Below are positions 10,574 to 20,686 of a stretch of DNA of 64,000 nucleotides, one piece after another. Every line of letters begins with the position of its first letter. Within the stretch, counting starts at the first letter, position 1. A program made the translations under genes and the position numbers. The stretch is taken from the NCBI GenBank assembly GCA_958295675.1, contig OY282360.1:52133-116132 (forward strand), in the 5' to 3' direction. The notes below the pieces were generated by a model that saw only the letters and a program-made list of their open reading frames with translations, ran no database searches and had not been told where the DNA came from. The DNA comes from Minisyncoccota bacterium (GTDB lineage: Bacteria > Patescibacteriota > Minisyncoccia > Phycocordibacterales > JABAAK01).

Positions 10574-11083
10574 CTAATTTTTCAGCAACATCTTCGATAT
10601 TTCCCGTACCCGCAGAAACCACACAAAAAATGTCCAAAATGTAAAGCCGCCGACGAACGGCAATGATTCCACGAAAAAAACAAGAAGTCCGATAATACAA
10701 TCAAGCAGTGTGTAACTGCCTTTTGGTGTGGCGAGTACAATACTGAGAAATATACACAGCACGATGAGAGAAATGACAAAATGCAAGGTATACACACCAA
10801 GAGATGCACTTATAATAACCTCACCGGCTCGCTCTATATGCTCACCAACTTGCTCTATACTCTCAATCTTAAAATTAAAAAGCCAGTTCAGAGCATTGTT
10901 CACAACCTCGCCAAGCTTGCTCACAAGCTTGCCTACACCCTCAACAATGATACCTCCAGCAGCACCGATTGTTGCAGGCACTGCCGCCACAACCTGAAGA
11001 TTTAAAAAAACAACACCTATTGAATCAGCAATTGCAGCAATGCCGGTAAAAAAGAGCAGCGACATGGAAAGAGGTTTCTTCAT
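10574..11083 (-). CDS. Multi-pass membrane protein associated with VirB4
   Basis: Hydrophobic segments, ESLPFVGG..FW; start overlaps virB4 stop. Confidence 0.7.
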   Translation of the reverse strand: MKKPLSMSLLFFTGIAAIADSIGVVFLNLQVVAAVPATIGAAGGIIVEGVGKLVSKLGEVVNNALNWLFNFKIESIEQVGEHIERAGEVIISASLGVYTLHFVISLIVLCIFLSIVLATPKGSYTLLDCIIGLLVFFVESLPFVGGFTFWTFFVWFLRVREISKMLLKN

Positions 11084-12948
11084 ACCGTTTCCTGTTCATG
11101 GACAACAGGCGAGTCAGAGGTTTGGCTTTCAGGCGCACCTCCAATTTCTTCTTTCTTTGCCGCGGACTGTTGCGCCAACACCTGTGACGGATCGGAGGTG
11201 ATTATTTTATCTTCCGTCAGCGATGCGATTATTTTTATAGCAACCCTTTTAAGTCCGGCAATAAAAAGACCCTCGCCGAGACCTGCCTCTAAAAGCAGAT
11301 ATTTTTCATTATCAGTCAGGTTAAAAATCTCCTGTATTAAATCTATAGAAGTCGCCGATTGGCGCAGAAGCAGCACAAGTGATGCATTGTTCAATATTGG
11401 TTTCCCATATTTTGACCGAAGAAAGTCACTCACATCCTGTGTAATAGTACCGACACCGAGATAGTACTTTCTGCCCCGCTTCACAAGACCGAACAAAAAT
11501 GCCGCGGTATCATCCGATTGCATCATAATCCACGCTTCATCAACAACAAGCAGTCGTTTCTTCAGATTTTTTCGGACATTATTCCATATAAATCGGGTAA
11601 TAATATACATCGCCGCGGTTTTCAATTCGTCTTCCATATCACGAATTGAGAAGACGACAAACTGCTTGTCCATATCAACATTGGTCGGCTGGTTGATAAA
11701 ACCGGCCCACGAGCCGCTGGTATACCTGTCCAATCGCTCCGCAAGTTCTTCTCCGCCGTCAATGCCGGCAAGCACAAGCGCAAAATCAGACAAGAGAGGC
11801 GGCTCCATATTGCCGAACTCGCCGGACGGAGTGATGTCTTTCAACGCGTATGTTTCTCTGATGGCGCGGTCAACAATTGATTCTTCTTCCTGAGTTAAGC
11901 TGCCGAGCAGAACCCGGAAAAGACCTATAAGATTGATAATCGCACTCCGCAGTACATCGGCGGGGTTCTCATCCTCACCGACAGACGGCAAATCAAACGG
12001 ATTGATATGGTGGTGTGAATTAAGTGAGACATTAAAATACCTGCCTCCGGTTGCCTGCGCAAGCCGTTCAAACTCTTTTTCCGGATCTATAATAATAACA
12101 TTAGTGCCCACCATGAGTGATCGCAGCACTTCAAGTTTCATCGCGTATGATTTTCCCGCTCCAGATGTGGCGAATGTGACGGAGTTGTAGTTCGGCAGTG
12201 AGAAACGGTCAAACAGAATGAGAGATGCATTGTGTTCGTTAATGCCGTACAAGATACCTTTCTCAGACGATAAATCAAACGATACAAACGGGAACAAGCT
12301 CGCTAATGGTTCCGAATTTAATTTTGTGTGTATGGCGAGCAAATCAGTCCCGAAAGGACTGGTACTCCGGAATCCTTGTTCCTGCTGAAAGACGGTCGGC
12401 TTGACGAAAATAAGCCGCCCCTCAAGAATGGAGCGGACATCTTTCTCCACCTCATCAATTTCCTCAAGGTTTTCACCATAAATAGTGATATAAACACCAA
12501 CCTCAAACAGGCGTTCTGTCGCTTGCTGTATATTTGACCGCAAGGTCTCAAGGTCCTGATGAGCGGTATCTAGCTTCGGGTCACGCACCATTCCTTTCCG
12601 TTCCCGCTCAATAATCTGGCTTTCAACCTGCGCAACCTTTCTTCTGAATTTTCTCAGCACATCCTTTGATTCCATAGGGTGTATGTAAATAGCGATATCA
12701 AACTCCTTATTCATATTGATAATCGGAGAAAACCAGCCCTCATTGAGAAAACGCGGGTATGACACGATAGCGAAAGAGCGAACCACCTTATTGCCGAGAG
12801 AGATATTTTTTGGCGTAACCTGTATCGCTGCCGGAGCGATAACATCACGCAATCCGATGCTTGCCTGATCAAAAGATTCATGCGGAATGAAATGATCAAG
12901 GTCATTTTCTTCTTCCCTTCCTTTTTTTAAATTACTCAATAGACCCAT
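11080..12948 (-). CDS. virB4: VirB4-family T4SS ATPase
   Basis: ATSGAGKS Walker A, IIDPEKEF, INPFD, LVVDEAW Walker B, KRGRKY, ITQ. Confidence 0.92.
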   Translation of the reverse strand: MGLLSNLKKGREEENDLDHFIPHESFDQASIGLRDVIAPAAIQVTPKNISLGNKVVRSFAIVSYPRFLNEGWFSPIINMNKEFDIAIYIHPMESKDVLRKFRRKVAQVESQIIERERKGMVRDPKLDTAHQDLETLRSNIQQATERLFEVGVYITIYGENLEEIDEVEKDVRSILEGRLIFVKPTVFQQEQGFRSTSPFGTDLLAIHTKLNSEPLASLFPFVSFDLSSEKGILYGINEHNASLILFDRFSLPNYNSVTFATSGAGKSYAMKLEVLRSLMVGTNVIIIDPEKEFERLAQATGGRYFNVSLNSHHHINPFDLPSVGEDENPADVLRSAIINLIGLFRVLLGSLTQEEESIVDRAIRETYALKDITPSGEFGNMEPPLLSDFALVLAGIDGGEELAERLDRYTSGSWAGFINQPTNVDMDKQFVVFSIRDMEDELKTAAMYIITRFIWNNVRKNLKKRLLVVDEAWIMMQSDDTAAFLFGLVKRGRKYYLGVGTITQDVSDFLRSKYGKPILNNASLVLLLRQSATSIDLIQEIFNLTDNEKYLLLEAGLGEGLFIAGLKRVAIKIIASLTEDKIITSDPSQVLAQQSAAKKEEIGGAPESQTSDSPVVHEQETV

Positions 12949-12954
12949 ACGATG

Positions 12955-13566
12955 TTAGTATACCGCAGGCGGTGCTTGCGTGTCCCCAGGGTTAAATGTT
13001 TGATACAACAATTCGGTCACCTCTTCGGTGCCCAGCTGCACAGCACGCAGACCGAGAGAGCGAATATTGTTCTGTATGAAACCGACCCGCTGCAGCAGTT
13101 GTCCTTGCTGTTCCTCAAACTGCTTCTCTTTTTGTGTTTCAGTTTTTTTGAAGATTTGCAATCCACCTTTCCCTTTTGACTGCACCGGAGAGTAAGTAAC
13201 AATCACAAAGAATTGTTTGGTCATTATTTCATTCTGGTCGGTGAAATCTTTTATAAAATTAATGTATTCCTTTGTTTGCAGGCGAAGCAATTCATTCCCT
13301 TGTTTGTCATGAAGATCCTGCAGAAACTGAAGGTACGGCTTTATATTCAACCGTCTGGACTGTATAAGCACTTGAATACCAACCTCAAGAGAATTAAGCA
13401 GTGACTGAAATTGATACAGAATTGCCTCCCGCTCCGTTTCAGATTTTAAGTTAAAATTAAGAGCGGATACAAGCACAATTGCGCACAATACACCATCCTC
13501 ACGGACAATAATACCATCCTGTATCTCTCTGACAGGTACGAATGATTGTGTGGTGCTGTTTGTCAT
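12955..13566 (-). CDS. T4SS accessory protein (TraC/VirB4 N-terminal-like)
   Basis: STTQSFVPVREIQDGII, NFNLKSETEREAI; lies between PrgI and VirB4. Confidence 0.7.
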   Translation of the reverse strand: MTNSTTQSFVPVREIQDGIIVREDGVLCAIVLVSALNFNLKSETEREAILYQFQSLLNSLEVGIQVLIQSRRLNIKPYLQFLQDLHDKQGNELLRLQTKEYINFIKDFTDQNEIMTKQFFVIVTYSPVQSKGKGGLQIFKKTETQKEKQFEEQQGQLLQRVGFIQNNIRSLGLRAVQLGTEEVTELLYQTFNPGDTQAPPAVY

Positions 13567-13994
13567 ATAGTTACTTCAATATCATCATCAGGAGCATCGT
13601 CAAACATAAGGTTAGTATTCAGATCATTCACTTTATTTGAATCATGAGTGGCCGCGCTTGACACATCTTCCGAGGTGCTTTGCCGCATTTTCCGTTCCAC
13701 ATATTTTTCATTTCCTTCCTTTTTCCACACATACATTTTTTTGCCGGTAAAAAAACGGATTATTGACTGCAGTACAACTGAGAACGGCTGATTGTTAAAA
13801 TTGAAAAACGCAAGCAATCCCGCGAGGAGCGCGACAGGGGACCCCAAAAACAAGGCGGGCAAGAAACCACCGGCAAAAAAGAAAAGAAATATCATAAAAC
13901 CACCCGCACCGCCGAGATACAACAACTGTTTAAAACTGAGCCCGAAGATGATAGTATCGGAAACATCCAAACTTTGCGGAACTTGAAAGCGCAT
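13563..13994 (-). CDS. PrgI-family (VirB3-like) membrane protein
   Basis: MRFQVPQ...GLSFKQLLYL, two TMs, YVWKK. Confidence 0.85.
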   Translation of the reverse strand: MRFQVPQSLDVSDTIIFGLSFKQLLYLGGAGGFMIFLFFFAGGFLPALFLGSPVALLAGLLAFFNFNNQPFSVVLQSIIRFFTGKKMYVWKKEGNEKYVERKMRQSTSEDVSSAATHDSNKVNDLNTNLMFDDAPDDDIEVTI

Positions 13995-14083
13995 ACGCAC
14001 ACAGTATACAACATATCAACAGCGCAAGACCAAACTCACGATCAAATCATGTATTACCACCTTCGTCCGTCCGAGGTCTGCCA

Positions 14084-16549
14084 TCACTCCCTGCCGCCGG
14101 GTCGTGGTGTTCCTTTTCTTGCAGCATTTACTTCCTGCCCAAAGTTGCCGATATCTGTTATTACCGGTTGCCCACCTCCTGGCGGTTGTGCAGGAGATGT
14201 TGGTGTTGTTGTCGGTGGTGGTGTTGTCGGTGGCGGCGTTGTCGGTGGTGGTGTTGGTGACCCACCACCACCTGCTAATATTTTTTCTGCCCTCCTCTTC
14301 ATATTTGGTTTTACATTAGGGTGTTTTTCAATAATTTCTGCTTGATAACGCGGTACTGTCGGACGGTTAAGAACAGTGTTCATAACACCAGTATTATTTG
14401 TATCCCCATCCATTGCACCCTTAATCATTTGTTTAAATTTCTCTTCCCCTTTTTCTCCACCGTCCTTCATCGTCTGACTTTGATTGAGAATATCATTGAT
14501 AACAGCACCACTTGCTTTTTTAACAAGTTTTTCAAACATTTCATCATATTGAGGTGCGGCAATATCACCGGGCACTTTTTTAACAATCTCAGATCGCAAT
14601 TTCATATTTTTATCCCCTGCGTAACTATTCAGAACATCAACATATGACCCTTCGTTATCATTCATATCTTCAATATTTTTCTCAATCTTCGCTTCCTCTG
14701 TTTTCATTCTCCTGATATCTTTTTCAATATTTGCCCTTCTGCTTGCTTTTTCAGGTTCTGTGATGTTTCGCGTGTTAAGATTCCTGATCATTTCCTCCGC
14801 TTGTCTTATATTTTCTTGAACTCCACTGAGTTCCTCATTCTCTTTGTTTCTCTCCTTATCATTTTCTTTAAGGTATGATATGGTCCCGTTAATGGATTTG
14901 ATCTGCTCTTTCTCATCAAGTTTTGCCGGCTCATATACCGATTGTTTTTGAATATTTTCCCTCGCCGCATTTCGGATAGCGATGTCAAGTTTCCCGTCAT
15001 CTGTTATTTTTTTCAAAGTTCTGGTCGAAGTATTTTTATTATTTGCAATCGCCTTCCAAGTCGCCTCATCTTTTTTGGCACCCTTTTCATTACCTTTTTT
15101 GAGACCTTGTTTAAGTATATTTAGTTGAGCCGCACTCAAGGTGTCGTTGGCGGCAAGAGTGGATCCGAAGCCGTTCTCTTTCAGATGTCTTACCTCTCTA
15201 TCCAAAAGTCCCGATGATTTGGCAAGTTTCATCTTCTCATCATATGTGCCGTCAACAACATCAGACCACCTTTCTCTCTGCTCGTTTCGCGTAGCGCGTA
15301 GTTCCTGTATACCTTTTTTCGCCTCTGGAGTGATTTTCTTCCCCCCGAGCACATCCTTGGCGACAGCGGTGTACGCTTTTCCGGTTCTATTGAGGTTTCG
15401 GAATGTTCGCCCCAAAAAAGCTCCCGCTCCAACCCCCACTCCGGTCTTTTGAGCAATCTTACCAAGAGTATTGCTCACGCGACCTGCCGGCAACATTCCC
15501 GCAACATTGCGGGCGATACCGAAGGATGCGCGACCAACAATACCTGCGCCTCGGGGCGAAACAAACTTGCGCAAGTGTTTACCAATCTCAAACTTGCCAA
15601 TCTTTATACTACTGACAATGCGACCCACATAGAAAATGCCGAAGATAAACACAATACTCACAATACACAATTCAACAAGAAATGCTTCAGTATTCGATGC
15701 ATTGTCCTTGAGTATCTTGTTGTTCGCTGTAGCGAATATGTTAAATATAATCAAAAAGCCAAAAATAAGCATGACCGGGGTCAGCAATGCCCTTCTGAAC
15801 ATGTCCTGCCATGTCTCAAAGAACTGCGCGATCATCTTAACACCCGGCGCCTCACGCACCTCTTTGGTAAAAAACCCTAAAAATGCAAGGGGTGATGAGA
15901 TGACCAATAAGATGGCGAGTATAAATCGTTCAATAAGCAGAATGGCAAACCACACAAAACCAAATGAAACAAAAAAGGTTGTAATAGCACCGATTGTTTG
16001 ATAAAGAAATCTCCATAATCCTGACTCAAATACGCCATCCAACCCCTCTTGAGTAGTAAAAAGACCTGTTTGCATAAGATGCTCAATCTCCACCACAGAG
16101 AGAACAGCAATAAACAGAGCGTTTGAAATGTCAAATAACGCTAACACAAAAAAAGCACTGAAGTTTACAAGCAGCGCCACCGCAAGCAGACCAAGTAAAA
16201 TTTTCTTGTTTCTCTCCCAATTTCCGAAAAGCGTGGTTATGGCGGTCAATATAAAGAACACCACAATGAGTAAATTGACGATATCCCGCACCGTCTGCCA
16301 AACGGGCTGCAATCCCAAATCTGTGGTCCAAAAATCGGCAAAATCAAGAATTGTGTACTGAATAACAAACAAAAAAAGTTTTATGCACAAGGCGAAAAAT
16401 CCATTGGCAGCATCCAATAATGCTGAACCCAACATATTACCGATTGCATTAAAAATAGCATATACCTCTATCGGGAATAATATTAACAGCAGCACAAAAA
16501 AGAGAAGCACTCTCAATATTGGTATGTTTTTTTGAAAAGATGTGCGCAT
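14084..16549 (-). CDS. VirB6/TrbL-like polytopic membrane protein with long helical/coiled-coil C-terminus and Pro/Thr tail
   Basis: WQTVRDIVN, ALLVNFS..DISN, ~8 TMs, SSPLAF; PPPTT repeats. Confidence 0.75.
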   Translation of the reverse strand: MRTSFQKNIPILRVLLFFVLLLILFPIEVYAIFNAIGNMLGSALLDAANGFFALCIKLFLFVIQYTILDFADFWTTDLGLQPVWQTVRDIVNLLIVVFFILTAITTLFGNWERNKKILLGLLAVALLVNFSAFFVLALFDISNALFIAVLSVVEIEHLMQTGLFTTQEGLDGVFESGLWRFLYQTIGAITTFFVSFGFVWFAILLIERFILAILLVISSPLAFLGFFTKEVREAPGVKMIAQFFETWQDMFRRALLTPVMLIFGFLIIFNIFATANNKILKDNASNTEAFLVELCIVSIVFIFGIFYVGRIVSSIKIGKFEIGKHLRKFVSPRGAGIVGRASFGIARNVAGMLPAGRVSNTLGKIAQKTGVGVGAGAFLGRTFRNLNRTGKAYTAVAKDVLGGKKITPEAKKGIQELRATRNEQRERWSDVVDGTYDEKMKLAKSSGLLDREVRHLKENGFGSTLAANDTLSAAQLNILKQGLKKGNEKGAKKDEATWKAIANNKNTSTRTLKKITDDGKLDIAIRNAARENIQKQSVYEPAKLDEKEQIKSINGTISYLKENDKERNKENEELSGVQENIRQAEEMIRNLNTRNITEPEKASRRANIEKDIRRMKTEEAKIEKNIEDMNDNEGSYVDVLNSYAGDKNMKLRSEIVKKVPGDIAAPQYDEMFEKLVKKASGAVINDILNQSQTMKDGGEKGEEKFKQMIKGAMDGDTNNTGVMNTVLNRPTVPRYQAEIIEKHPNVKPNMKRRAEKILAGGGGSPTPPPTTPPPTTPPPTTTPTSPAQPPGGGQPVITDIGNFGQEVNAARKGTPRPGGRE
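14197..14272 (-). repeat. Pro/Thr microrepeats (15-nt PPPTT units) in coding sequence
   Basis: Repeated GTTGTCGGTGGTGGT-like units on the + strand. Confidence 0.7.
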
Positions 16550-16557
16550 ACTCTATA

Positions 16558-18186
16558 TTACTCAAAAAACAACAGAATGTACTCCGGAGGAAGAGATTTT
16601 TGAATTCTGGTAATTGAATCGGTCATCTCCTTTTCTATTTTACCTCGGAACACACCGGCATTCCGATAGAGTGCGCGGGCATCTGATGCACTCAAATCCT
16701 TCCAAGTTCTCGTCAAGGCACTCAGATCGTTTTCTCCGACAAACACTCTTCCGAGTGAACTATATGCCTCCGAACGCCGCTGAGCCGCGGCGAAATCATA
16801 ATTCTCAAAATCGATTGATGGGGGTGTCAACGCCTGCTGTGCGGATGATGTCGGAAGAGTAACCTGTCCGGCATGTCCGAGCGCAAACAGGAGGTAAGCA
16901 ACCTCTTCTGTTTTTTGCGGCACGGTGTTTAGCATCAATGTAACTGCATTCCCAAAATCATTCAATGTGCAGTTTGTTTTGTATTTACCGGAGACAACCG
17001 GCGGTACCGGCGGATAGTGCCTTCCCAAACATGTCCGATCAGTCTCGTTCTCAAGGCATACAAACCTCCCTGTCTGACCCAATGTGGTAATATTCCTAAT
17101 TTCCGAAGAGGAATAGTGTCGTGCTGAACACTGCGCTTCCTCTTCTCCTTCATGGCACCCCATCTCTTGTGTTGTACATACTTCAGTTTCTGCGTTTTCC
17201 GCGCATACTCGCACATAGTTAACAAAACATCCGGGAAGAAAATCAAGGTCGTTGCGGTTTTGTACAAAAACACGCGCTGTTCCTGATCCAAAGGCGCGCC
17301 GCGTTGTTTCTTCAACCACCTGTCTCAATGAAATGCCCTGATAAAGAGATCTTTGTCCATCTTCACTCCTTTGTATATGCGTTTGATATCCGTTGAGAGA
17401 ACCGCCGTTCCCATAATCCTCATAAGTACCGACAAGTTCAATATATGCCTTTGCGGTTGTTTCATACACACCCTTCATGATAGACAGTCGACTCCGGTCT
17501 GTTTTCAATCCGCACCACGAATCAATAAACGGAGCGCGCTGTAGGTAGGAAGAGGGTCGTTTGATCATGTCAATAAGCTTCGCTCCTCCTCTGTATTGTT
17601 TGATCGCGCCGTCATGCACACCGATAAGATTGTTTTCCGGTCGGAGCACCGGTGTAGTTACAGTAAGATGTTCGGCAGAATCAAGCAGGGGTTCAGCAAC
17701 GCCATTTTGTGAATTCAAGGGGTTTTGATTCGTAACTGTGGCGATTGAAGAGGTCGCGCAGTTAATAGCAGAATCTGCCGTAAACAATAAAGTGTTCGGC
17801 ATTAATAAGGACGGAGTTCTGATATTTTTTAATATATATGAAAAAAGTGTGCTTCCGTCCCGAATAAGGATGTCGGCGACCACTAGTTCCATATATGTTT
17901 TGTTAAAAGAAACGCCGTTGAGTAAATTGACATCTTGCCCTATCCCTGCATTTCGGTTTATTGCTGTTTGTTCCGATGATATCCTCGGAATTTGTTCAAT
18001 ATAACTTCTGATACGGTCAATCTGCTGCTGTCGCTGTTTGATTTTTTGAGCAATTTGATCAATACTCAATTCACTTTTGCGGATGGTTTGAGCTGATACA
18101 GCATTATACTGACAAGAAACAAGAATAAAAAACAGAAAGAAAGCAAGAAAGATAAGGTGCGTGATTTTTGTTACATATATCGTCAT
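16558..18186 (-). CDS. Secreted/membrane-anchored hypothetical protein with one Cys-rich module
   Basis: N-terminal hydrophobic segment; VCAENAETEVCTTQEMGCHEGEEEAQCSARH...VCLENETDRTCLGRH. Confidence 0.75.
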   Translation of the reverse strand: MTIYVTKITHLIFLAFFLFFILVSCQYNAVSAQTIRKSELSIDQIAQKIKQRQQQIDRIRSYIEQIPRISSEQTAINRNAGIGQDVNLLNGVSFNKTYMELVVADILIRDGSTLFSYILKNIRTPSLLMPNTLLFTADSAINCATSSIATVTNQNPLNSQNGVAEPLLDSAEHLTVTTPVLRPENNLIGVHDGAIKQYRGGAKLIDMIKRPSSYLQRAPFIDSWCGLKTDRSRLSIMKGVYETTAKAYIELVGTYEDYGNGGSLNGYQTHIQRSEDGQRSLYQGISLRQVVEETTRRAFGSGTARVFVQNRNDLDFLPGCFVNYVRVCAENAETEVCTTQEMGCHEGEEEAQCSARHYSSSEIRNITTLGQTGRFVCLENETDRTCLGRHYPPVPPVVSGKYKTNCTLNDFGNAVTLMLNTVPQKTEEVAYLLFALGHAGQVTLPTSSAQQALTPPSIDFENYDFAAAQRRSEAYSSLGRVFVGENDLSALTRTWKDLSASDARALYRNAGVFRGKIEKEMTDSITRIQKSLPPEYILLFFE

Positions 18187-18188
18187 AC

Positions 18189-20669
18189 TTATGATTCTGA
18201 TGCACACTCTTCTCCCGCCTCTCTGATTTGTGCGCAAACATCAGAAAGGATATTTTCAACCTGAGAATGCACAAGGTTGAGATTATTCAATTCCTGCTCA
18301 AGGCGTTGTATACGATTAGTATATTCCTCATGAATGTCTTCATCTTCCTCCGTCCTCCTATCTATTCGAGATTGTTCAATCTGGGCGCGAATGTTTTCTT
18401 GCTCTTGTTCAATTTTTTCTTTCTCTGACATAAGTATGTTTCTAGATTCTCTATAACTACCAAGAAACAATGCTGCTTGACCTGTTTGGTTTGGTGTCGG
18501 GTTCTGGTTAGGATTATCATCTTGGAATTTAGTTCGAGAAGGTCTCGGCTGTTCGTCTCGAGTACCAGTCGGTCTATACTCATCACCGCTAATAGACCTG
18601 ACCAGCACACTCCCCCTTCCGTACGCTTTTCCACGTCCTTCTGTTATTGATTTTTTGATAAGACCGCCAACTGTCGCATCAACCACCTTTTGAAACACCT
18701 CACCCATCTCATCAGCTTCGGTAACCGGTTCAATCTGCAGATCTATAAACTTTTCCGCTCGATTGTTTATATTTTGTGCTGTTTGGTTAATTCTACAGCG
18801 AAGAAGATTTATTCTTGCCTCAGCACTATCTGTCTCACCAACCTCTTTCACTTCATCCGTGCAATCAAAAGCGGCGAGTGTGTCATCTTCAGCAAGGTTT
18901 GTGGAGCCGGGTGTTTGTTCGCCAATTTCTCTTGCGATCTCGTCAACTCTTCTCTGTTGTATGTGTCTCTGCATACCCAGCGATCCTCCGGTTTCTGCAA
19001 CATAATGTCCGAACAGCTTTGTCGTTTGATTAATCAAATTCTGCACCTCTCTGTTAATGCTTTCTCTCGGTCTGGTTCGCGGAACAGATCCGGAAGATAT
19101 ATTCACCGCACCTGAAATATTGATATCAAAAGGATTTTCCGCAAATTCTCTTAAATTATTTTTAAAATCAGACAGGGTGCACCTTGGTCTTTGAATTTGC
19201 GGTCGGGTGTACTGGATAGAGAGAATATTGGATATGTCAATCTCCACGCCATCAATATCACAGAGAAAACCAAGACCTTCCCGCTCCAACGCATCGCCGA
19301 TCGCTCTGTCTGTAAAATCTTTCCAGAACTGATTCGGATGTGATATGAAAAGTGGTCTACCATTAAAACCATCCATTGCAAAATTTATATATTCATTAGC
19401 AATATCAGCAGCTATTTCTTTAGCCCAATTATTGATATCAATATCACTAAAGCATTCCTTAAAAATATTTGGTCCATCAAGGTTTGCAACAGAAGTTGTT
19501 GCCACGAGGTTTGCAGCCAACCCGGCTGTGACACATGCGGCCATTGGACCAATCGTCGAAAAAGCCAACCCTTTTAATGCATTCTTAACAAAGTCATCCT
19601 CTTCATAACTACCCTCCTCAAAATTAAAATTCGGTCCATCTCCCGCGCTATATTGTGGGTCACCAAAGTCCAAAGGCGGTTGTCCGTCACCGCTCGGAAA
19701 CACAATACCCGGGAAATCAGCGGGAACAGCGGTTTGGTCAAAGGGGTTGCTACCCCCTTCGGAACCAGAAGGAGTGCTGTCCGGTGCATGCCGCGCCACA
19801 CACTCTGCATCAGTTTCATTCACAAAACACACATATTGTTTGCCGTCAATGGTTCGTACTTCAAACTGCGATTCAAAGCGATGTCTCGTGAGACACTCCG
19901 CATCAGTTTCATCTTTATGGCACAGAAGTTGCTGTGTTGTACATACCCGTTCTTCACCTTCACCGACGCACACCTCAATAGATCTGTACTCTGACTGTGC
20001 CGTATGCCGCGCCACACACTCCGCATCAGTTTCATTCACAAAACACACATATTGTTTGCCGTCAATGGTTCGTACTTCAAACTGCGATTCCAAGCGATGT
20101 CTCGCGAGACATTCCGCATCAGTTTCATCTTTATGGCACAGAAGTTGCTGTGTTGTACATACCCGTTCTTCACCTTCACCGACACACACTTCAATAGCTC
20201 TGTACTCTGATTGTGCTGTATGCCGCGCCACACACTCCGCATCAGTTTCATCTGTAAAGCACATAAATTGTTTGCCGTCAATGGTTCGTACTTCAAGACG
20301 GGCCAAATTCCTTTCCCGGCACTCTTCGTCAGTTTCGTCAGTGAAACACACCAATTGCCGTGTTGTACAGAATTCCCGCCCATCGCTTTCAATGCAAATT
20401 TCCATATTTTGTACCACAGTCCCTTGTATCACGGTTCCCTGTACCACAGTCCCTTGTATTCCACCTCGAGGAATACCTATTAAAAGACCGCCGTCCGGTG
20501 TGCCGGAGGCGACACGGTCCGAAAAAGGCGTACCGGATCCTCCATCACCGCCATTGAAACCAACATTGAAAACAAGCCAACCGCCAAGCGCTAAAGAGAG
20601 CACAACAACAACTCCCAGCACAATAGAAACCAAAGCAATACCACTATTGTCAGAGAAATATTTGTTCAT
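18189..20669 (-). CDS. Membrane-anchored hypothetical protein with three tandem Cys-rich 72-aa repeats
   Basis: N-terminal TM, repeats containing CxxxETDAECxARH, helical C-terminus. Confidence 0.8.
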   Translation of the reverse strand: MNKYFSDNSGIALVSIVLGVVVVLSLALGGWLVFNVGFNGGDGGSGTPFSDRVASGTPDGGLLIGIPRGGIQGTVVQGTVIQGTVVQNMEICIESDGREFCTTRQLVCFTDETDEECRERNLARLEVRTIDGKQFMCFTDETDAECVARHTAQSEYRAIEVCVGEGEERVCTTQQLLCHKDETDAECLARHRLESQFEVRTIDGKQYVCFVNETDAECVARHTAQSEYRSIEVCVGEGEERVCTTQQLLCHKDETDAECLTRHRFESQFEVRTIDGKQYVCFVNETDAECVARHAPDSTPSGSEGGSNPFDQTAVPADFPGIVFPSGDGQPPLDFGDPQYSAGDGPNFNFEEGSYEEDDFVKNALKGLAFSTIGPMAACVTAGLAANLVATTSVANLDGPNIFKECFSDIDINNWAKEIAADIANEYINFAMDGFNGRPLFISHPNQFWKDFTDRAIGDALEREGLGFLCDIDGVEIDISNILSIQYTRPQIQRPRCTLSDFKNNLREFAENPFDINISGAVNISSGSVPRTRPRESINREVQNLINQTTKLFGHYVAETGGSLGMQRHIQQRRVDEIAREIGEQTPGSTNLAEDDTLAAFDCTDEVKEVGETDSAEARINLLRCRINQTAQNINNRAEKFIDLQIEPVTEADEMGEVFQKVVDATVGGLIKKSITEGRGKAYGRGSVLVRSISGDEYRPTGTRDEQPRPSRTKFQDDNPNQNPTPNQTGQAALFLGSYRESRNILMSEKEKIEQEQENIRAQIEQSRIDRRTEEDEDIHEEYTNRIQRLEQELNNLNLVHSQVENILSDVCAQIREAGEECASES
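19789..20403. repeat. 216-bp tandem coding repeat (two near-identical copies plus one diverged)
   Basis: TGCCGCGCCACACACT recurs at 19789, 20005 and 20221 (period 216). Confidence 0.9.
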
Positions 20670-20686
20670 ACACACACAGTATACTC

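Noticed and set aside
19789-20403. DGR template/variable repeat pair
   Set aside because: Copies are in-frame tandem repeats within one gene and no reverse transcriptase is present
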